A stretch of DNA of 64,000 bases, from the NCBI GenBank assembly GCA_043798375.1, contig JAZDOS010000029.1, positions 62,955 through 126,954 of the forward strand, given 5' to 3'. This stretch comes from Candidatus Omnitrophota bacterium (GTDB taxonomy: Bacteria > Omnitrophota > Gorgyraeia > 2-01-FULL-45-10). The translations under genes and the position numbers were made by a program. The notes beneath the pieces are model-generated. The model was not told where the DNA came from. It saw only the letters and a list, made by a program, of their open reading frames with translations, and did not search any database. This document shows, in pieces, positions 8,622-18,246 of this stretch (positions are counted from its first letter, which is position 1; every line of letters starts with the position of its first letter).

Positions 8622-9131
8622 GTGAATAAACTATGGGCGCCGTGGAGGAGCAAATACATTTACATGAGAAAGCGCAAGAGTTGCATATTCTGCGGGAGGC
8701 CTCACGGATCCGCCGGCGACAAGAAAAAACATATAATCTGCCGCGCAAAACACTCGTTCGCCATGCTCAACCTCTATCCTTACAATAACGGCCATGTCAT
8801 GGTGGCGCCCTGCAGGCACGTAAAGAGCCTCGAGCAGCTCTCCGACGTCGAACTGCTCGACGTCTTCAGGCTGCTGAACAGGATAAAATCGCTCATCGAT
8901 AAAAAGTTAAAGCCTCACGGCTACAATATAGGGATAAATCTCGGCAGGGTCGGCGGCGCCGGCGTTGCGGGACATGTCCACATCCACATAGTGCCGAGGT
9001 GGGCGGGCGATACGAATTTCATGCCGATCACCGCGGACACGAAGGTCATCTCGGAATCATTGGCGGCGATGTACAAACTGTTGAAGGTAAACCCCGTTAG
9101 AAAGGACGGGCTTTCTAACGGGGTGAAATAA
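8622..9131 (+). CDS. HIT family protein (Ap4A phosphorylase-like)
   Basis: AGGAGG then GTG; LWAPWR, CIFC, LNLYPYNNGH, HVHIHIVPRW.GD. Confidence 0.92.
   Translation: MNKLWAPWRSKYIYMRKRKSCIFCGRPHGSAGDKKKHIICRAKHSFAMLNLYPYNNGHVMVAPCRHVKSLEQLSDVELLDVFRLLNRIKSLIDKKLKPHGYNIGINLGRVGGAGVAGHVHIHIVPRWAGDTNFMPITADTKVISESLAAMYKLLKVNPVRKDGLSNGVK
9092..9123. mobile_element. 32-bp CCCCGTTAG element inserted in-frame in the HIT C-terminus
   Basis: ccccgttagaaag-gacggg-ctttctaacgggg, flanked by taaa/tgaa. Confidence 0.75.
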
Positions 9132-10282
9132 TGCTGAAACGAAAAGACCTGGAAAAAAAAGAGGAGATCCTGGCGCCTTACGCCCAGAAGTCTAAATTCA
9201 CCAAAGGCCGCTGCCACAAAGAAGAGGAGCATGGCTACAGGTCATGCTACCAGCGCGATAAAGACAGGATCATATATTCGACCGCCTTCCGCCGGCTCGA
9301 ATATAAGACCCAGGTTTTCGTCAACCATGAAGGGGATTACTACCGCACGAGGCTCACCCACACGCTGGAAGTTTCGCAGATAGCGAAGTCGATAGCCAGG
9401 GCTCTCGGGCTCAATGAGGACCTGGTAGAAGCGATAAGCCTCGCTCATGACCTCGGCCATACGCCATTCGGCCATTCGGGCGAGGACGCCCTCCATGAGT
9501 TGATGCGGGAACACGACGGGTTCGATCATAATACGCAAGGCTTAAGGGTCGTCGATTTCCTGGAACAGCGCTATCCCGATTTTCCCGGCTTAAACCTGAC
9601 CTATGAGGTCAGGGAAGGTATAATAAAACATTCGACGCCGTTCGACCGGCCGAGGCCGGCGATCCCGTTCGAGTCAAAAGGCTCACCGCTTCTCGAGATC
9701 CAGGCGGTCGATATTGCCGACGAGATAGCTTACGATAACCACGACCTTGATGACGGGATAACGAGCGGCCTTATCAAAGAGGACGATTTAAGGGAAGTGC
9801 GGCTCTGGTCGGAGAGGGAGAGGGAGATAAGGAAGCTCTATCCGCGCATAAAGGGAGAAGTGAAGAAATACCAGATCATCCGGTCTCTCATCAATTGCCA
9901 GGTCACTAACGTGATCAACAATACCGAAGAGAAACTCAAGAGGCTCAAGATCAAGAATACATCTAGTGTAATAAAGACCCCTGAAAGGATCGTAACGGTT
10001 TCAAAGGATATGCAGCTCTTGAGATCGCCGATGAGGGAATTCCTCACGGAAAACCTATATCAGCATTACAGGGTCGTGCGGATGTCGAATAAGGCTTATC
10101 GGTTCATAACGAGCCTCTTCAACATCTACCTGGATAAGCCGGAGCAGCTGCCGCCGACGACCCTGGGCCGCCTCAAAAAAGAAGAGCCTCATCGCGTCAT
10201 CTGTGATTACATCGCCGGCATGACCGACCGCTACGCGCTCGACGAATACAAGAAGTTCTTCGAACCATATGAGAGGGTGTAG
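9131..10282 (+). CDS. dgt: dNTP triphosphohydrolase (dGTPase-like)
   Basis: AFRRLEYKTQV, RTRLTHTLEV, AHDLGHTPFGH.GE, DYIAGMTD.YA. Confidence 0.95.
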   Translation: MLKRKDLEKKEEILAPYAQKSKFTKGRCHKEEEHGYRSCYQRDKDRIIYSTAFRRLEYKTQVFVNHEGDYYRTRLTHTLEVSQIAKSIARALGLNEDLVEAISLAHDLGHTPFGHSGEDALHELMREHDGFDHNTQGLRVVDFLEQRYPDFPGLNLTYEVREGIIKHSTPFDRPRPAIPFESKGSPLLEIQAVDIADEIAYDNHDLDDGITSGLIKEDDLREVRLWSEREREIRKLYPRIKGEVKKYQIIRSLINCQVTNVINNTEEKLKRLKIKNTSSVIKTPERIVTVSKDMQLLRSPMREFLTENLYQHYRVVRMSNKAYRFITSLFNIYLDKPEQLPPTTLGRLKKEEPHRVICDYIAGMTDRYALDEYKKFFEPYERV

Positions 10283-10291
10283 AGGACGCTA

Positions 10292-10320
10292 TTGACAGAA
10301 ACGACTATTGGCTTTATAAT
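10292..10320 (+). promoter_or_regulatory. Consensus sigma70 promoter
   Basis: TTGACA-17-TATAAT, ending 11 nt before the ATG at 10332. Confidence 0.8.
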
Positions 10321-10331
10321 CATAATAAAGC

Positions 10332-11849
10332 ATGGAAAAGACAAGAAATAATAATATCTACCAGAAGGAACTCTTCGACAGGCTGAAAAAGTCGATAAGC
10401 CTGAGGAAGGAAGAAGAATGTATCGGCTGTATGATACATCCGGCCGCCTGGTGGATAATCGAAAAACCAAATCCGAATATACGGGAACTGGAAAAGGTAA
10501 TCTCCGCAATCTGCCCCTATCACAAGAAACATCCTGCAGGCAAACAGAAGATATGCATCAAAGCGATCTTCGAAGTAATAAAAAGGGCCGCCCAAGCCAA
10601 GGCGCTTGCCGGGTTCGATTGCATTGAAGGCCTACACGGCTTCGCGTATCCTATCGCGCAGGGCGACAGGATCTACGGCTATTTAGGGACGTGTTACAGA
10701 AAAAAGGATATCTCGCCGCAGATGCTGGATGTCTTCTCGGCCTTTACCGATACAATCGTCCGCGAAATTCAGAAAGAGCTTGAGCTGTCCAAGCTGTATG
10801 AAACGATAAGGCCCCGCGCCATAGCCCTGTCGACGGTTCACACCGTCCACAGGCTGATAAGCTCGACCCTTGATCTCGCCGAACTCCTGCCCCGCATAGC
10901 AAGGCTGTCATTGCAGATAATGCGCGCCAACAGATGTTCGATAAAGCTTATGGATTCGAAACGCAGGATCCTTCTGCCGAAGGCGACCGTCGACCTGAGA
11001 ACAAAGAATGTCCGGATGAAGAAGGTCAAGGTCGGTAAATACTCTCCGGGTAAAGCGGTAAAGTATGGAAGGCCTGTAAGGGGCCGCGACTTCCTCGCGG
11101 TTCCGCTGATAGATGAAGACGTCATCGGCGTAATCACTATTTACGACAAGATCGATAAAAAACCGTTCAGCTCGTTCGACCAGGAGATAATGTCCACCAT
11201 GGCGGAACAGGCGGTAATAGCAATCAAGAACGCGCAGCTTTACAAGGAGCAGGAAAAACTGATGATGGGAAGCATCAAGTCACTTGCTAAGGTCCTCGAT
11301 ACCCGCGCTCCGGGCACCTATGTCCCCAGGGCGTCTTTTCTTAAGATAGCCCTCGCGATGGGTACTGAGATGCGGCTGGATACCGAAAGCATAAAGAGCC
11401 TCGAATACGCCGCTATACTCCATGACGCGGGCGAGATAATCGTGCCTTATGAAGTCCTGACCAAGCCTTCGAAATTGACAGGTAAGGAATACGAGAAGAT
11501 AAAAGAGCACCCGATGGCCGGTGTAGAACTCATAAAGCATATGAAGGCCCTAAAAACGGTTAACCCCATAATACTGTATCACCATGAAAACTATGATGGG
11601 TCGGGATATCCCAAAGGGCTTAAGAAGGAGCAGATACCGATCGGCGCCAGAATCATGGCCGTTGTGAGCGCGTTCGAAGCCATGACGACAAAGAGGCCAT
11701 ACCGGTCAATAAAGAATATCGATGAAGCCGTGGAAGAGATTAAGAAGAATTCCGGAACGCAGTTCGACCCCAAGGTCGTGAATGTCTTTCTAAAGGTAAT
11801 TTACAGAAAAGACGTGCGGCAGGCGCTGGAGGGGAAGCTCTATGGATAA
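10332..11849 (+). CDS. PocR-like sensor + GAF + HD-GYP domain protein (degenerate active site)
   Basis: FDCIEGLHGFAYPI (PocR-like); GAF with FLAVPL..IGVI..MAEQAVIAIKNA; ILHDAGE, HHENYDGSGYP, GTQFDP. Confidence 0.85.
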   Translation: MEKTRNNNIYQKELFDRLKKSISLRKEEECIGCMIHPAAWWIIEKPNPNIRELEKVISAICPYHKKHPAGKQKICIKAIFEVIKRAAQAKALAGFDCIEGLHGFAYPIAQGDRIYGYLGTCYRKKDISPQMLDVFSAFTDTIVREIQKELELSKLYETIRPRAIALSTVHTVHRLISSTLDLAELLPRIARLSLQIMRANRCSIKLMDSKRRILLPKATVDLRTKNVRMKKVKVGKYSPGKAVKYGRPVRGRDFLAVPLIDEDVIGVITIYDKIDKKPFSSFDQEIMSTMAEQAVIAIKNAQLYKEQEKLMMGSIKSLAKVLDTRAPGTYVPRASFLKIALAMGTEMRLDTESIKSLEYAAILHDAGEIIVPYEVLTKPSKLTGKEYEKIKEHPMAGVELIKHMKALKTVNPIILYHHENYDGSGYPKGLKKEQIPIGARIMAVVSAFEAMTTKRPYRSIKNIDEAVEEIKKNSGTQFDPKVVNVFLKVIYRKDVRQALEGKLYG

Positions 11850-12108
11850 GCTGTTTAAGTCCGAGATCCATCTTAAGATAATAAAATTTTTCCATGAAAA
11901 CCAGGCTTCGATCGATACACCGCGGGGAGTAGCGACATGGATCGGTGAGGATAGAACCAAAGCGCAAAATGCCCTCGAGGACCTCGTTAAGGCAAAGATA
12001 CTTATAGCCCACCGCGCCACATCGACGACCGGCTACGGCTATACCAGCGACGAGAAGCTCATATCCAGGATAAAAAAATATCTTAAGAAGAGCGAGCCCG
12101 CCTCTTAA
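11842..12108 (+). CDS. Small winged-helix protein
   Basis: IIKFFHEN..IDTPRGVATWIG...ALEDLVKAKIL; overlaps the upstream stop. Confidence 0.7.
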   Translation: MDKLFKSEIHLKIIKFFHENQASIDTPRGVATWIGEDRTKAQNALEDLVKAKILIAHRATSTTGYGYTSDEKLISRIKKYLKKSEPAS

Positions 12109-12116
12109 ACATTCAA

Positions 12117-12184
12117 CCCCTCGGCGCGCTTCGGATTGAAAACAGAAGCTTGCTCGGGGTTGACCCTGAGCGCCGTCGAATGGG
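12117..12184. repeat. REP-like palindrome (CCCTGAGCG..GTCGAA.GGG type), TCAA on both flanks
   Basis: ggggttgaccctgagcgccgtcgaatggg; tcaa at 12113-12116 and 12185-12188; related to 26701-26745. Confidence 0.65.
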
Positions 12185-12205
12185 TCAAGACCCTTGTAAA
12201 AACAG

Positions 12206-15200
12206 ATGAAAGATTACCTGAAGTTCTACAATGAATTGAACCCCCCTCAGAAAGAGGTCGTTGACCGGACAGAAGGCCCTCTCCTTGTCCTTGCAGGCCC
12301 CGGCACGGGCAAGACGCTTGTCTTATCGGTAAGGGCGGGCTCTATACTGAAGAAGAAGGATATTCGGCCCGACAACATCCTCATACTCACCTATACCAAT
12401 TCCGCCGCCAAGGCGATGAAGGAGAGGCTTTCCGAGGTCATAGGCCTCGAGGGATACGAGGTGGAAGTAGGCACTTTTCATAGTTTCGCGAACTCCATAA
12501 TACAGGAATCCGAAGAGGCGGCCGTATATATCGGGGACAAGGTCCAGATGGACGACGTCGAGAGGATGAGGGTGATCGAATACATTCTCGACAATACCGG
12601 GGGGCTCGACGAAATACGCCCTTTTAGGGCGCCTTACACATACCTTAAAGAGATATTACAGAGGATCGGCGACCTGAAAAAAGATGGACTCTCGCCTCAG
12701 GATTTCGAAAATTATTTAAAGGGCCCGAAGAGCCAATACAGGTCCCTGGAGGATAAATACAAAAACCGCCTTGAGAGGCTCGCGGCCGTATATAAGAGGT
12801 ACGAGGAGCTTAAAGAGGGGAAAAATAAGGATGTCTTCGATGAACGCGGGCGATATGATTTCGACGACATGATCCTGTTCGCCATAGAAGTATTAAGGAA
12901 AGAGGGGGCTGTAAAGAAAGAGTACCGGGACCAATACAGGTACGTGATGGTGGACGAGTTCCAGGACACGAACGGCGCGCAGGCCGAATTACTCTTCGAG
13001 CTTTTGGATTACAAGAATCCCAACCTTCTTTGCGTAGGCGACGACGACCAGTCGATATACCGTTTTCAGGGCGCGAGCGCCGGGAATTTTAAACTTTTCT
13101 CCAAAAAATTTCCCCTGGAAACAATTTACCTTAAACACAACTACCGCTCCGCGAAAGAGCTGATAGACGTCTCTTCCAGGATAATTTGCATGATCCCGGC
13201 AAAAGAGAGGATGCCGGGGAAGACGCTGGAGGCCGCGCGCGACTACCGCGACAAGGAAATAACGTTCAGGGAATTTACGACCGAGGAAGAGGAGCTTATC
13301 TATATCGTCGACAAGGTTAAAGAGCTGAAGGATACGATTGCGCAAGACTTAACCCTGGCCGAAGAGGAGCGTAAACATCCTTACAACAATATTGCCGTAT
13401 TGGTAAGAAAAAGAAACGACATCCTGAAGATAATCGACGCCTTTTTGCAGGCGGGGATCCCGTACGCTACCGACGGCAAAGAAGATATCAGCGGCGAGAA
13501 ACGGGTGAAACAGCTTCTCGACGTCCTGGATCTCGCGCACATAGACCCCGCCGAACACGAGGCGAAGGATCTGGCGCTCTACAAGGTCCTCGCGGCCGAT
13601 TATCTCGAAATACCGCACGTCGACGTTTTGAGGTTCTTAAGCTATGCCAATACTGCCAGGAAGAACGGCGGCCGCTCGACTGTGCTGGAGGAGTTCTTAA
13701 GCTATTTCCAAAAGGCAAAATCGGAAATTAAATTTGAGGCGCCCGAAAAGATGCGGCGCGCCGCGTCTATGATAGGGGGGCTTCTCCAGGACGCAAGGAC
13801 GAGGAGCGTTCATTCTATATTGATGGAATTTATAAAGGACGCGGGCGTATTCAAATTCATAATCAAGTCCTATGACAAAAACGAGATCCTTAAGATAAGG
13901 GAACTCCGCTCACTCACCTCATTTGTAAATATGGTCAAGGCAGGCGATATGGCAAAACCCGGTATGCGCCTTGACGATTTTTCACTCGACCTTAAGACGC
14001 GTAAAGACCACGGCCTTCCGATACAGGGCTCCTTAGTCACTATGACGCAGGAGGGCGTCAGGATCTACACGGCCCACGGCTCCAAGGGCCTCGAATTCCA
14101 AACAGTGCTGATCCCTTTCTGCCTTCACAACAAGAACTGGCCGGCGCGGCCGATTCCAGACAAGATCCGGCTGCCATTCGACCTTTTCAAAACGAGGCAG
14201 GATCACCAGGAGAAAGAGGCGCTAAAAGAGCTTGCCCTCCACGATGAGACGAGGCTTTTCTATGTCGCGGCAACGAGGGCCAAGTCGAACCTCATATTCA
14301 CCTCAAGCCCTACGGAGGGCTCCGTCTCAAGCCTGTACCTGAACGAACTCGACATCCACAAGGATTCGCCGGAATACGCGAGCGAGGAAGAGCTGATTTC
14401 GAAATCGATCGAACTAACAGACTTAAACGATCCGTTTATAGGGACAGAGGAGGTTCTGAAAGATATGGTGGACTCTCTTACCCTGAATCCGACAAGGCTC
14501 AATACCTACATCACATGCAGAAGAAAATTTCTGTATAACGACGCCCTGAAATTGCCTGGCGCTAAAAAGAAGAGCCTCGTATTCGGTAACTCGGTGCATA
14601 AAGCTCTCGAAGAAACGTATAGAGAGTTTATGAAGACGAAAAAATTCCCGATTTTCAAGTTCTTCAAAAACTCTTTTGCGAAAGAGTTGAGGTTTCAGGG
14701 CCCGGACAGGGCAATAGAGAGAGATTGCCTTAACAAGGCCGAGACGCTTAAAGACTGGTTCCGGATGCTTGCCGCGAATCCGGTCATGCCCATAGGCCTT
14801 GAGAGGAAACTGGTCATAACGGTCGGCGATAACATCATCTTCACCGGCAAATACGACAAGGTTGAGTGGGAAAACGAGAAGAAGGGCCTTGTGAGGATAG
14901 TTGATTACAAAACGGGAAAACCCGACGATCACCTGAAGGATATCGACAGAGTGCCCGATATACAAAATCCCGATTGCGACGGATATTTAAGGCAGCTCGT
15001 CTGTTATAAGCTTTTATTCGAAAAAGACAGGAAGGAATCGAAGGCGAGGCGTGTAAGTCAGGGCGTTCTTGTCTTCACCGAACCCGTCAATGCGGATATC
15101 AGAAAACTGGGCTACAAGAAAGGCCAGTATGTAATGAAGTCCGTAAAGATAGAGGATGAGATGGTGGCGGCCCTGGAAGAGCTGATTAAAGAAGTTTGGG

Positions 15201-15292
15201 CGGATATAAAAGCGTTAAGGTTTGAGAAATTACCCGAAAGGGACGTAGTTTTATGCGGAAGATGCGACTTCAACACATTCTGCTGGGAATAA
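12206..15292 (+). CDS. UvrD/Rep-type SF1 helicase fused to PD-(D/E)XK nuclease (AddA/AdnB-like)
   Basis: AGPGTGKT, VDEFQDTN, VGDDDQSIY.FQGA, NYRS, TAHGSKGLEF, ETRLFYVAATRAK; GKYDKV, IVDYKTGK, QLVCY; Cys set C...CGRCDFNTFC. Confidence 0.93.
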   Translation: MKDYLKFYNELNPPQKEVVDRTEGPLLVLAGPGTGKTLVLSVRAGSILKKKDIRPDNILILTYTNSAAKAMKERLSEVIGLEGYEVEVGTFHSFANSIIQESEEAAVYIGDKVQMDDVERMRVIEYILDNTGGLDEIRPFRAPYTYLKEILQRIGDLKKDGLSPQDFENYLKGPKSQYRSLEDKYKNRLERLAAVYKRYEELKEGKNKDVFDERGRYDFDDMILFAIEVLRKEGAVKKEYRDQYRYVMVDEFQDTNGAQAELLFELLDYKNPNLLCVGDDDQSIYRFQGASAGNFKLFSKKFPLETIYLKHNYRSAKELIDVSSRIICMIPAKERMPGKTLEAARDYRDKEITFREFTTEEEELIYIVDKVKELKDTIAQDLTLAEEERKHPYNNIAVLVRKRNDILKIIDAFLQAGIPYATDGKEDISGEKRVKQLLDVLDLAHIDPAEHEAKDLALYKVLAADYLEIPHVDVLRFLSYANTARKNGGRSTVLEEFLSYFQKAKSEIKFEAPEKMRRAASMIGGLLQDARTRSVHSILMEFIKDAGVFKFIIKSYDKNEILKIRELRSLTSFVNMVKAGDMAKPGMRLDDFSLDLKTRKDHGLPIQGSLVTMTQEGVRIYTAHGSKGLEFQTVLIPFCLHNKNWPARPIPDKIRLPFDLFKTRQDHQEKEALKELALHDETRLFYVAATRAKSNLIFTSSPTEGSVSSLYLNELDIHKDSPEYASEEELISKSIELTDLNDPFIGTEEVLKDMVDSLTLNPTRLNTYITCRRKFLYNDALKLPGAKKKSLVFGNSVHKALEETYREFMKTKKFPIFKFFKNSFAKELRFQGPDRAIERDCLNKAETLKDWFRMLAANPVMPIGLERKLVITVGDNIIFTGKYDKVEWENEKKGLVRIVDYKTGKPDDHLKDIDRVPDIQNPDCDGYLRQLVCYKLLFEKDRKESKARRVSQGVLVFTEPVNADIRKLGYKKGQYVMKSVKIEDEMVAALEELIKEVWADIKALRFEKLPERDVVLCGRCDFNTFCWE

Positions 15293-15936
15293 TCGCGCTT
15301 ATAGCGATCGCAGGCTTAATCTACATATCTTTCGGCCACGTAGCGGTATATCTATTCGCAAGGGCCAACAACCTCGATATTTCATACGCAAGCCTCGCCA
15401 GGCCCGGGGCGAATTTCGCATTTAAGGATTTCAGGGTTGTGAACAAGGCTTCGGGCCTCGGAATATCCGCCCAAGCGGCCGCGATCAGGCCAAAGCTTAA
15501 AGGCTATGAGTTCAATTTTACGGATGTCCGTTTCCTGCAAAAACACGGCGATGAACTATCCTCATATGAAAATTTGGCCGGGCTTGTGGCGGTCCCGTTC
15601 AAAGGAAGCTGGGTATACAAAGAGATAGCGGGAGAGGCGGCGCCGTCCCGCGACACCCTGGAGGTAAAAAAGCTCGACGCCGTAAGCGATGAGATAAAAT
15701 TACATATCACCGGAAAATTCAACGCCGACAATACCGTGGATACCGATATAAAAATATATTTTGGCCCCGGTATAACAAAGAAGATACCGGAAGAGCTGTC
15801 GAAAGTCATTTTAACAGATGAGGAGGGCAGATGGAAAAGCCTTGCCGTCCATCTATCCGGCAATTACGCCGCGCCCTCCATCCAGGTCTCCGGCAAACTC
15901 TTCCGTCTCAACATCAAATCCATATCAGAAAAATAG
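15253..15936 (+). CDS. Membrane-anchored hypothetical protein (AsmA-like beta-rich)
   Basis: N-terminal TM helix followed by beta-rich sequence; family is a guess. Confidence 0.6.
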   Translation: MRKMRLQHILLGIIALIAIAGLIYISFGHVAVYLFARANNLDISYASLARPGANFAFKDFRVVNKASGLGISAQAAAIRPKLKGYEFNFTDVRFLQKHGDELSSYENLAGLVAVPFKGSWVYKEIAGEAAPSRDTLEVKKLDAVSDEIKLHITGKFNADNTVDTDIKIYFGPGITKKIPEELSKVILTDEEGRWKSLAVHLSGNYAAPSIQVSGKLFRLNIKSISEK

Positions 15937-15944
15937 TAGTTAAA

Positions 15945-16171
15945 TAAATTTTTCGGGTCCTGCCGAAGGAATCTCCGCGAGGGATTGTGCTCAAGCGGGA
16001 CGTTAAAATCGCGAGCGGGCACGGTTTTTTGGCCCTTACCAATACAACCTGCGAGGTTAAACGGTATAAAACTACCGGCAAACCTCGCAGGTTGTATTGG
16101 TGATGCCAAAAAGGGCGAGCAATTTTACCTGGAAAGAAAAGCCGAGGGAGCGGCAGGACCCGAAAAATTTA
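15945..16171. repeat. Large nested palindromic element, copy 1
   Basis: 21-bp TIR taaatttttcgggtcctgccg / cggcaggacccgaaaaattta; inner 20-bp perfect IR at 16039-16058 / 16081-16100. Confidence 0.85.
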
Positions 16172-16249
16172 ATGTGAGTCAATTCGTGATCTTGGAACAA
16201 TAGCACAAAATTGATTTTTGAATCGGCGTATGGTATAATGCCCGATATT

Positions 16250-16756
16250 ATGGAAGAGGAGAAAGGCCAGAAAGAATTATTCGAGTTCGAGAAGCCCAAA
16301 AGGTCGTTCCCGAAGCTCTCAAGCTTTCTTCCGAAGGCTGACTTTGAAAGAAATATCCTTATAACCCTAACGCTTGAGAAGATCATATTCATTTCCATAG
16401 GGTTAATTCTGGCCATGGTCGTCGTTTACGCGCTCGGAGTCGAAGTCGGCAAGGCGAAGACGGCTGTCCAAAAGGCAAGAGGGGCCGGCCAAATCGTTCA
16501 GCAGGCAAGCGTGAATAAAGCGGCGCCTATCACACAGCCGCCGGCGCCTTATATTATCATTGCCGGCGCTTACTCGCGTAAGGAGAACGCCTTATCAGTT
16601 ATGGCGCGTTTAAGGCAGGCGGGTTTTGACGCATATATAGGCAAAAGCGCTCCGCTATTTCAGGTATGGATAGGGGCCAAAACAAGCGCTGACGCGCAAA
16701 GAGAGCTGGCCAGAGTAAAAAAACTATGCAAGGACGCGTATTTAAAAACACGGTAG
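16250..16756 (+). CDS. SPOR domain membrane protein
   Basis: One TM helix, then YIIIAGAYSRKENA....RLRQAGFDAYI....FQVWIG; TTGATT-17-TATAAT promoter at 16211-16239. Confidence 0.8.
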   Translation: MEEEKGQKELFEFEKPKRSFPKLSSFLPKADFERNILITLTLEKIIFISIGLILAMVVVYALGVEVGKAKTAVQKARGAGQIVQQASVNKAAPITQPPAPYIIIAGAYSRKENALSVMARLRQAGFDAYIGKSAPLFQVWIGAKTSADAQRELARVKKLCKDAYLKTR

Positions 16757-16782
16757 ATGTTTAAACTAAAGGGGGTATTAAG

Positions 16783-17136
16783 ATGTCTCAGCATCCCAGT
16801 CTAAGTTCATCGGATAAGGATAAACAGCATAGATCCGTATTGAAAAGGTATGAAAAGGTTAAGATCTTAAAAGACAAGGAAAAGTGGAAAGACGGCGATT
16901 CCGTATACGGACTACCCAAGGTAAAGATCGTAAGATTCAAGATCAAAAAAGAGAAGGCGGCCGCAGCCGAAGGCGCTGAAAGCCTTGAAGGCGCAGCACC
17001 GGGTACAGAAGCTGCACCGACTCAAGCAGGCGCAGCGAAAACCGCCGGCCCCGCAAAGGGACAGGCCCCGGCAAAGGGAGCCGCGTCGAAGGAAGGCGCT
17101 AAACCCGCCGGTGAAGGAAAGAAAGAAGCGAAATAG
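16783..17136 (+). CDS. PVC-superphylum small basic signature protein (TIGR04137-like) with Ala/Lys tail
   Basis: MSQHPSL.......RSVLKR.EK...L....KW..GDSVYGLPKVK. Confidence 0.85.
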   Translation: MSQHPSLSSSDKDKQHRSVLKRYEKVKILKDKEKWKDGDSVYGLPKVKIVRFKIKKEKAAAAEGAESLEGAAPGTEAAPTQAGAAKTAGPAKGQAPAKGAASKEGAKPAGEGKKEAK

Positions 17137-18234
17137 TTGAAAACGATCCATGTCCGTCTTAAAGAACGCTCTTACGATATAGTCGTAGGGCTTGATTTAT
17201 TGTCGAAGACAGGCGCTTTATTGCGAAAACTCAAGATAGGTAAAGACGCCGTCGTAATTACGAATAAACCGCTTATGGGCCTCTATAAACGGGACCTGGA
17301 AAGATCCCTCCATAAAAACGGGTTCACCGTCCGATTCGAACTCGTGCCTGATTCCGAAAAGGCGAAATCCTCTAACGTCGCGTTGAAACTGGCCTCCAGG
17401 ATAGCCGCCTACGACAAAAAAAGATCGGTATTTATTATCGCTTTCGGCGGCGGCGTCATCGGAGACCTGGCGGGATTCGTCGCGGCGATATACAAGAGAG
17501 GCGTGCCGTATGTCCAGATCCCTACCACGCTTTTAGCGCAGGTCGATTCCGCGATAGGCGGCAAGACTGCCATAGACCTCAATATAGCGAAGAACCTTGT
17601 CGGCGCCTTTTATCAGCCTCGTATGGTAATATCGGACATATCGCTCTTGGAGACGCTGCCCGCCCGGCAGATAAGAAACGGCCTTGCGGAGGTGATAAAA
17701 TACGGCGTGATCAAAGACAGGCGGCTGTTCGCTTTCCTGGAAAAAAAGTATTCCGACATTTTGAAGTATGACAGGGGCAGCCTGGAGTATGCTGTTTTGA
17801 GATCGAGCCGCATCAAGGCGAAGGTCGTCGAACGCGACGAGCTTGATAGAACCGGATTGAGGGTTATATTGAACTATGGCCATACGGTGGGACACGCTAT
17901 CGAGAGCGCATCCTCATACTCGTCCAGATATAACCACGGCGAGTCAGTGGCGATCGGTATGGCTGTGGCCTGCGACATCGCGTTAAAACTTAAATTGACG
18001 AACCCCGCGGTTTCGGAAAGGATCAAGGCGCTAATCAAAAAAATCGGCCTTCCCGCGAAAATCACGGGCCTTAGCCTCTCGAAGATACGCGGATCTTTAG
18101 CGCATGATAAGAAGTTTATGCGGGGGAAAAACAGGTTTGTTCTGCCCGTCTCGGTCGGAGAGGTAAGGGTCTTCGACGGAGTGCCTGACAAAATAATAAC
18201 CGAAGCCATTAAAAAGAATTTGAAAAACGGCTGA
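17137..18234 (+). CDS. aroB: 3-dehydroquinate synthase
   Basis: GGGVIGDLAGF, PTTLLAQVDSAIGGKT, LNYGHTVGHAIE, HGESVA, HDKK. Confidence 0.97.
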   Translation: MKTIHVRLKERSYDIVVGLDLLSKTGALLRKLKIGKDAVVITNKPLMGLYKRDLERSLHKNGFTVRFELVPDSEKAKSSNVALKLASRIAAYDKKRSVFIIAFGGGVIGDLAGFVAAIYKRGVPYVQIPTTLLAQVDSAIGGKTAIDLNIAKNLVGAFYQPRMVISDISLLETLPARQIRNGLAEVIKYGVIKDRRLFAFLEKKYSDILKYDRGSLEYAVLRSSRIKAKVVERDELDRTGLRVILNYGHTVGHAIESASSYSSRYNHGESVAIGMAVACDIALKLKLTNPAVSERIKALIKKIGLPAKITGLSLSKIRGSLAHDKKFMRGKNRFVLPVSVGEVRVFDGVPDKIITEAIKKNLKNG

Positions 18235-18246
18235 ATAGGAGAAAAA

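Noticed and set aside
15985-16203. Apparent paralogous ORFs MCSSGTLKSRAG... (also 26774-26989)
   Set aside because: They are translations of the palindromic repeat; the frames diverge, there is no SD, and conservation follows base-pairing.
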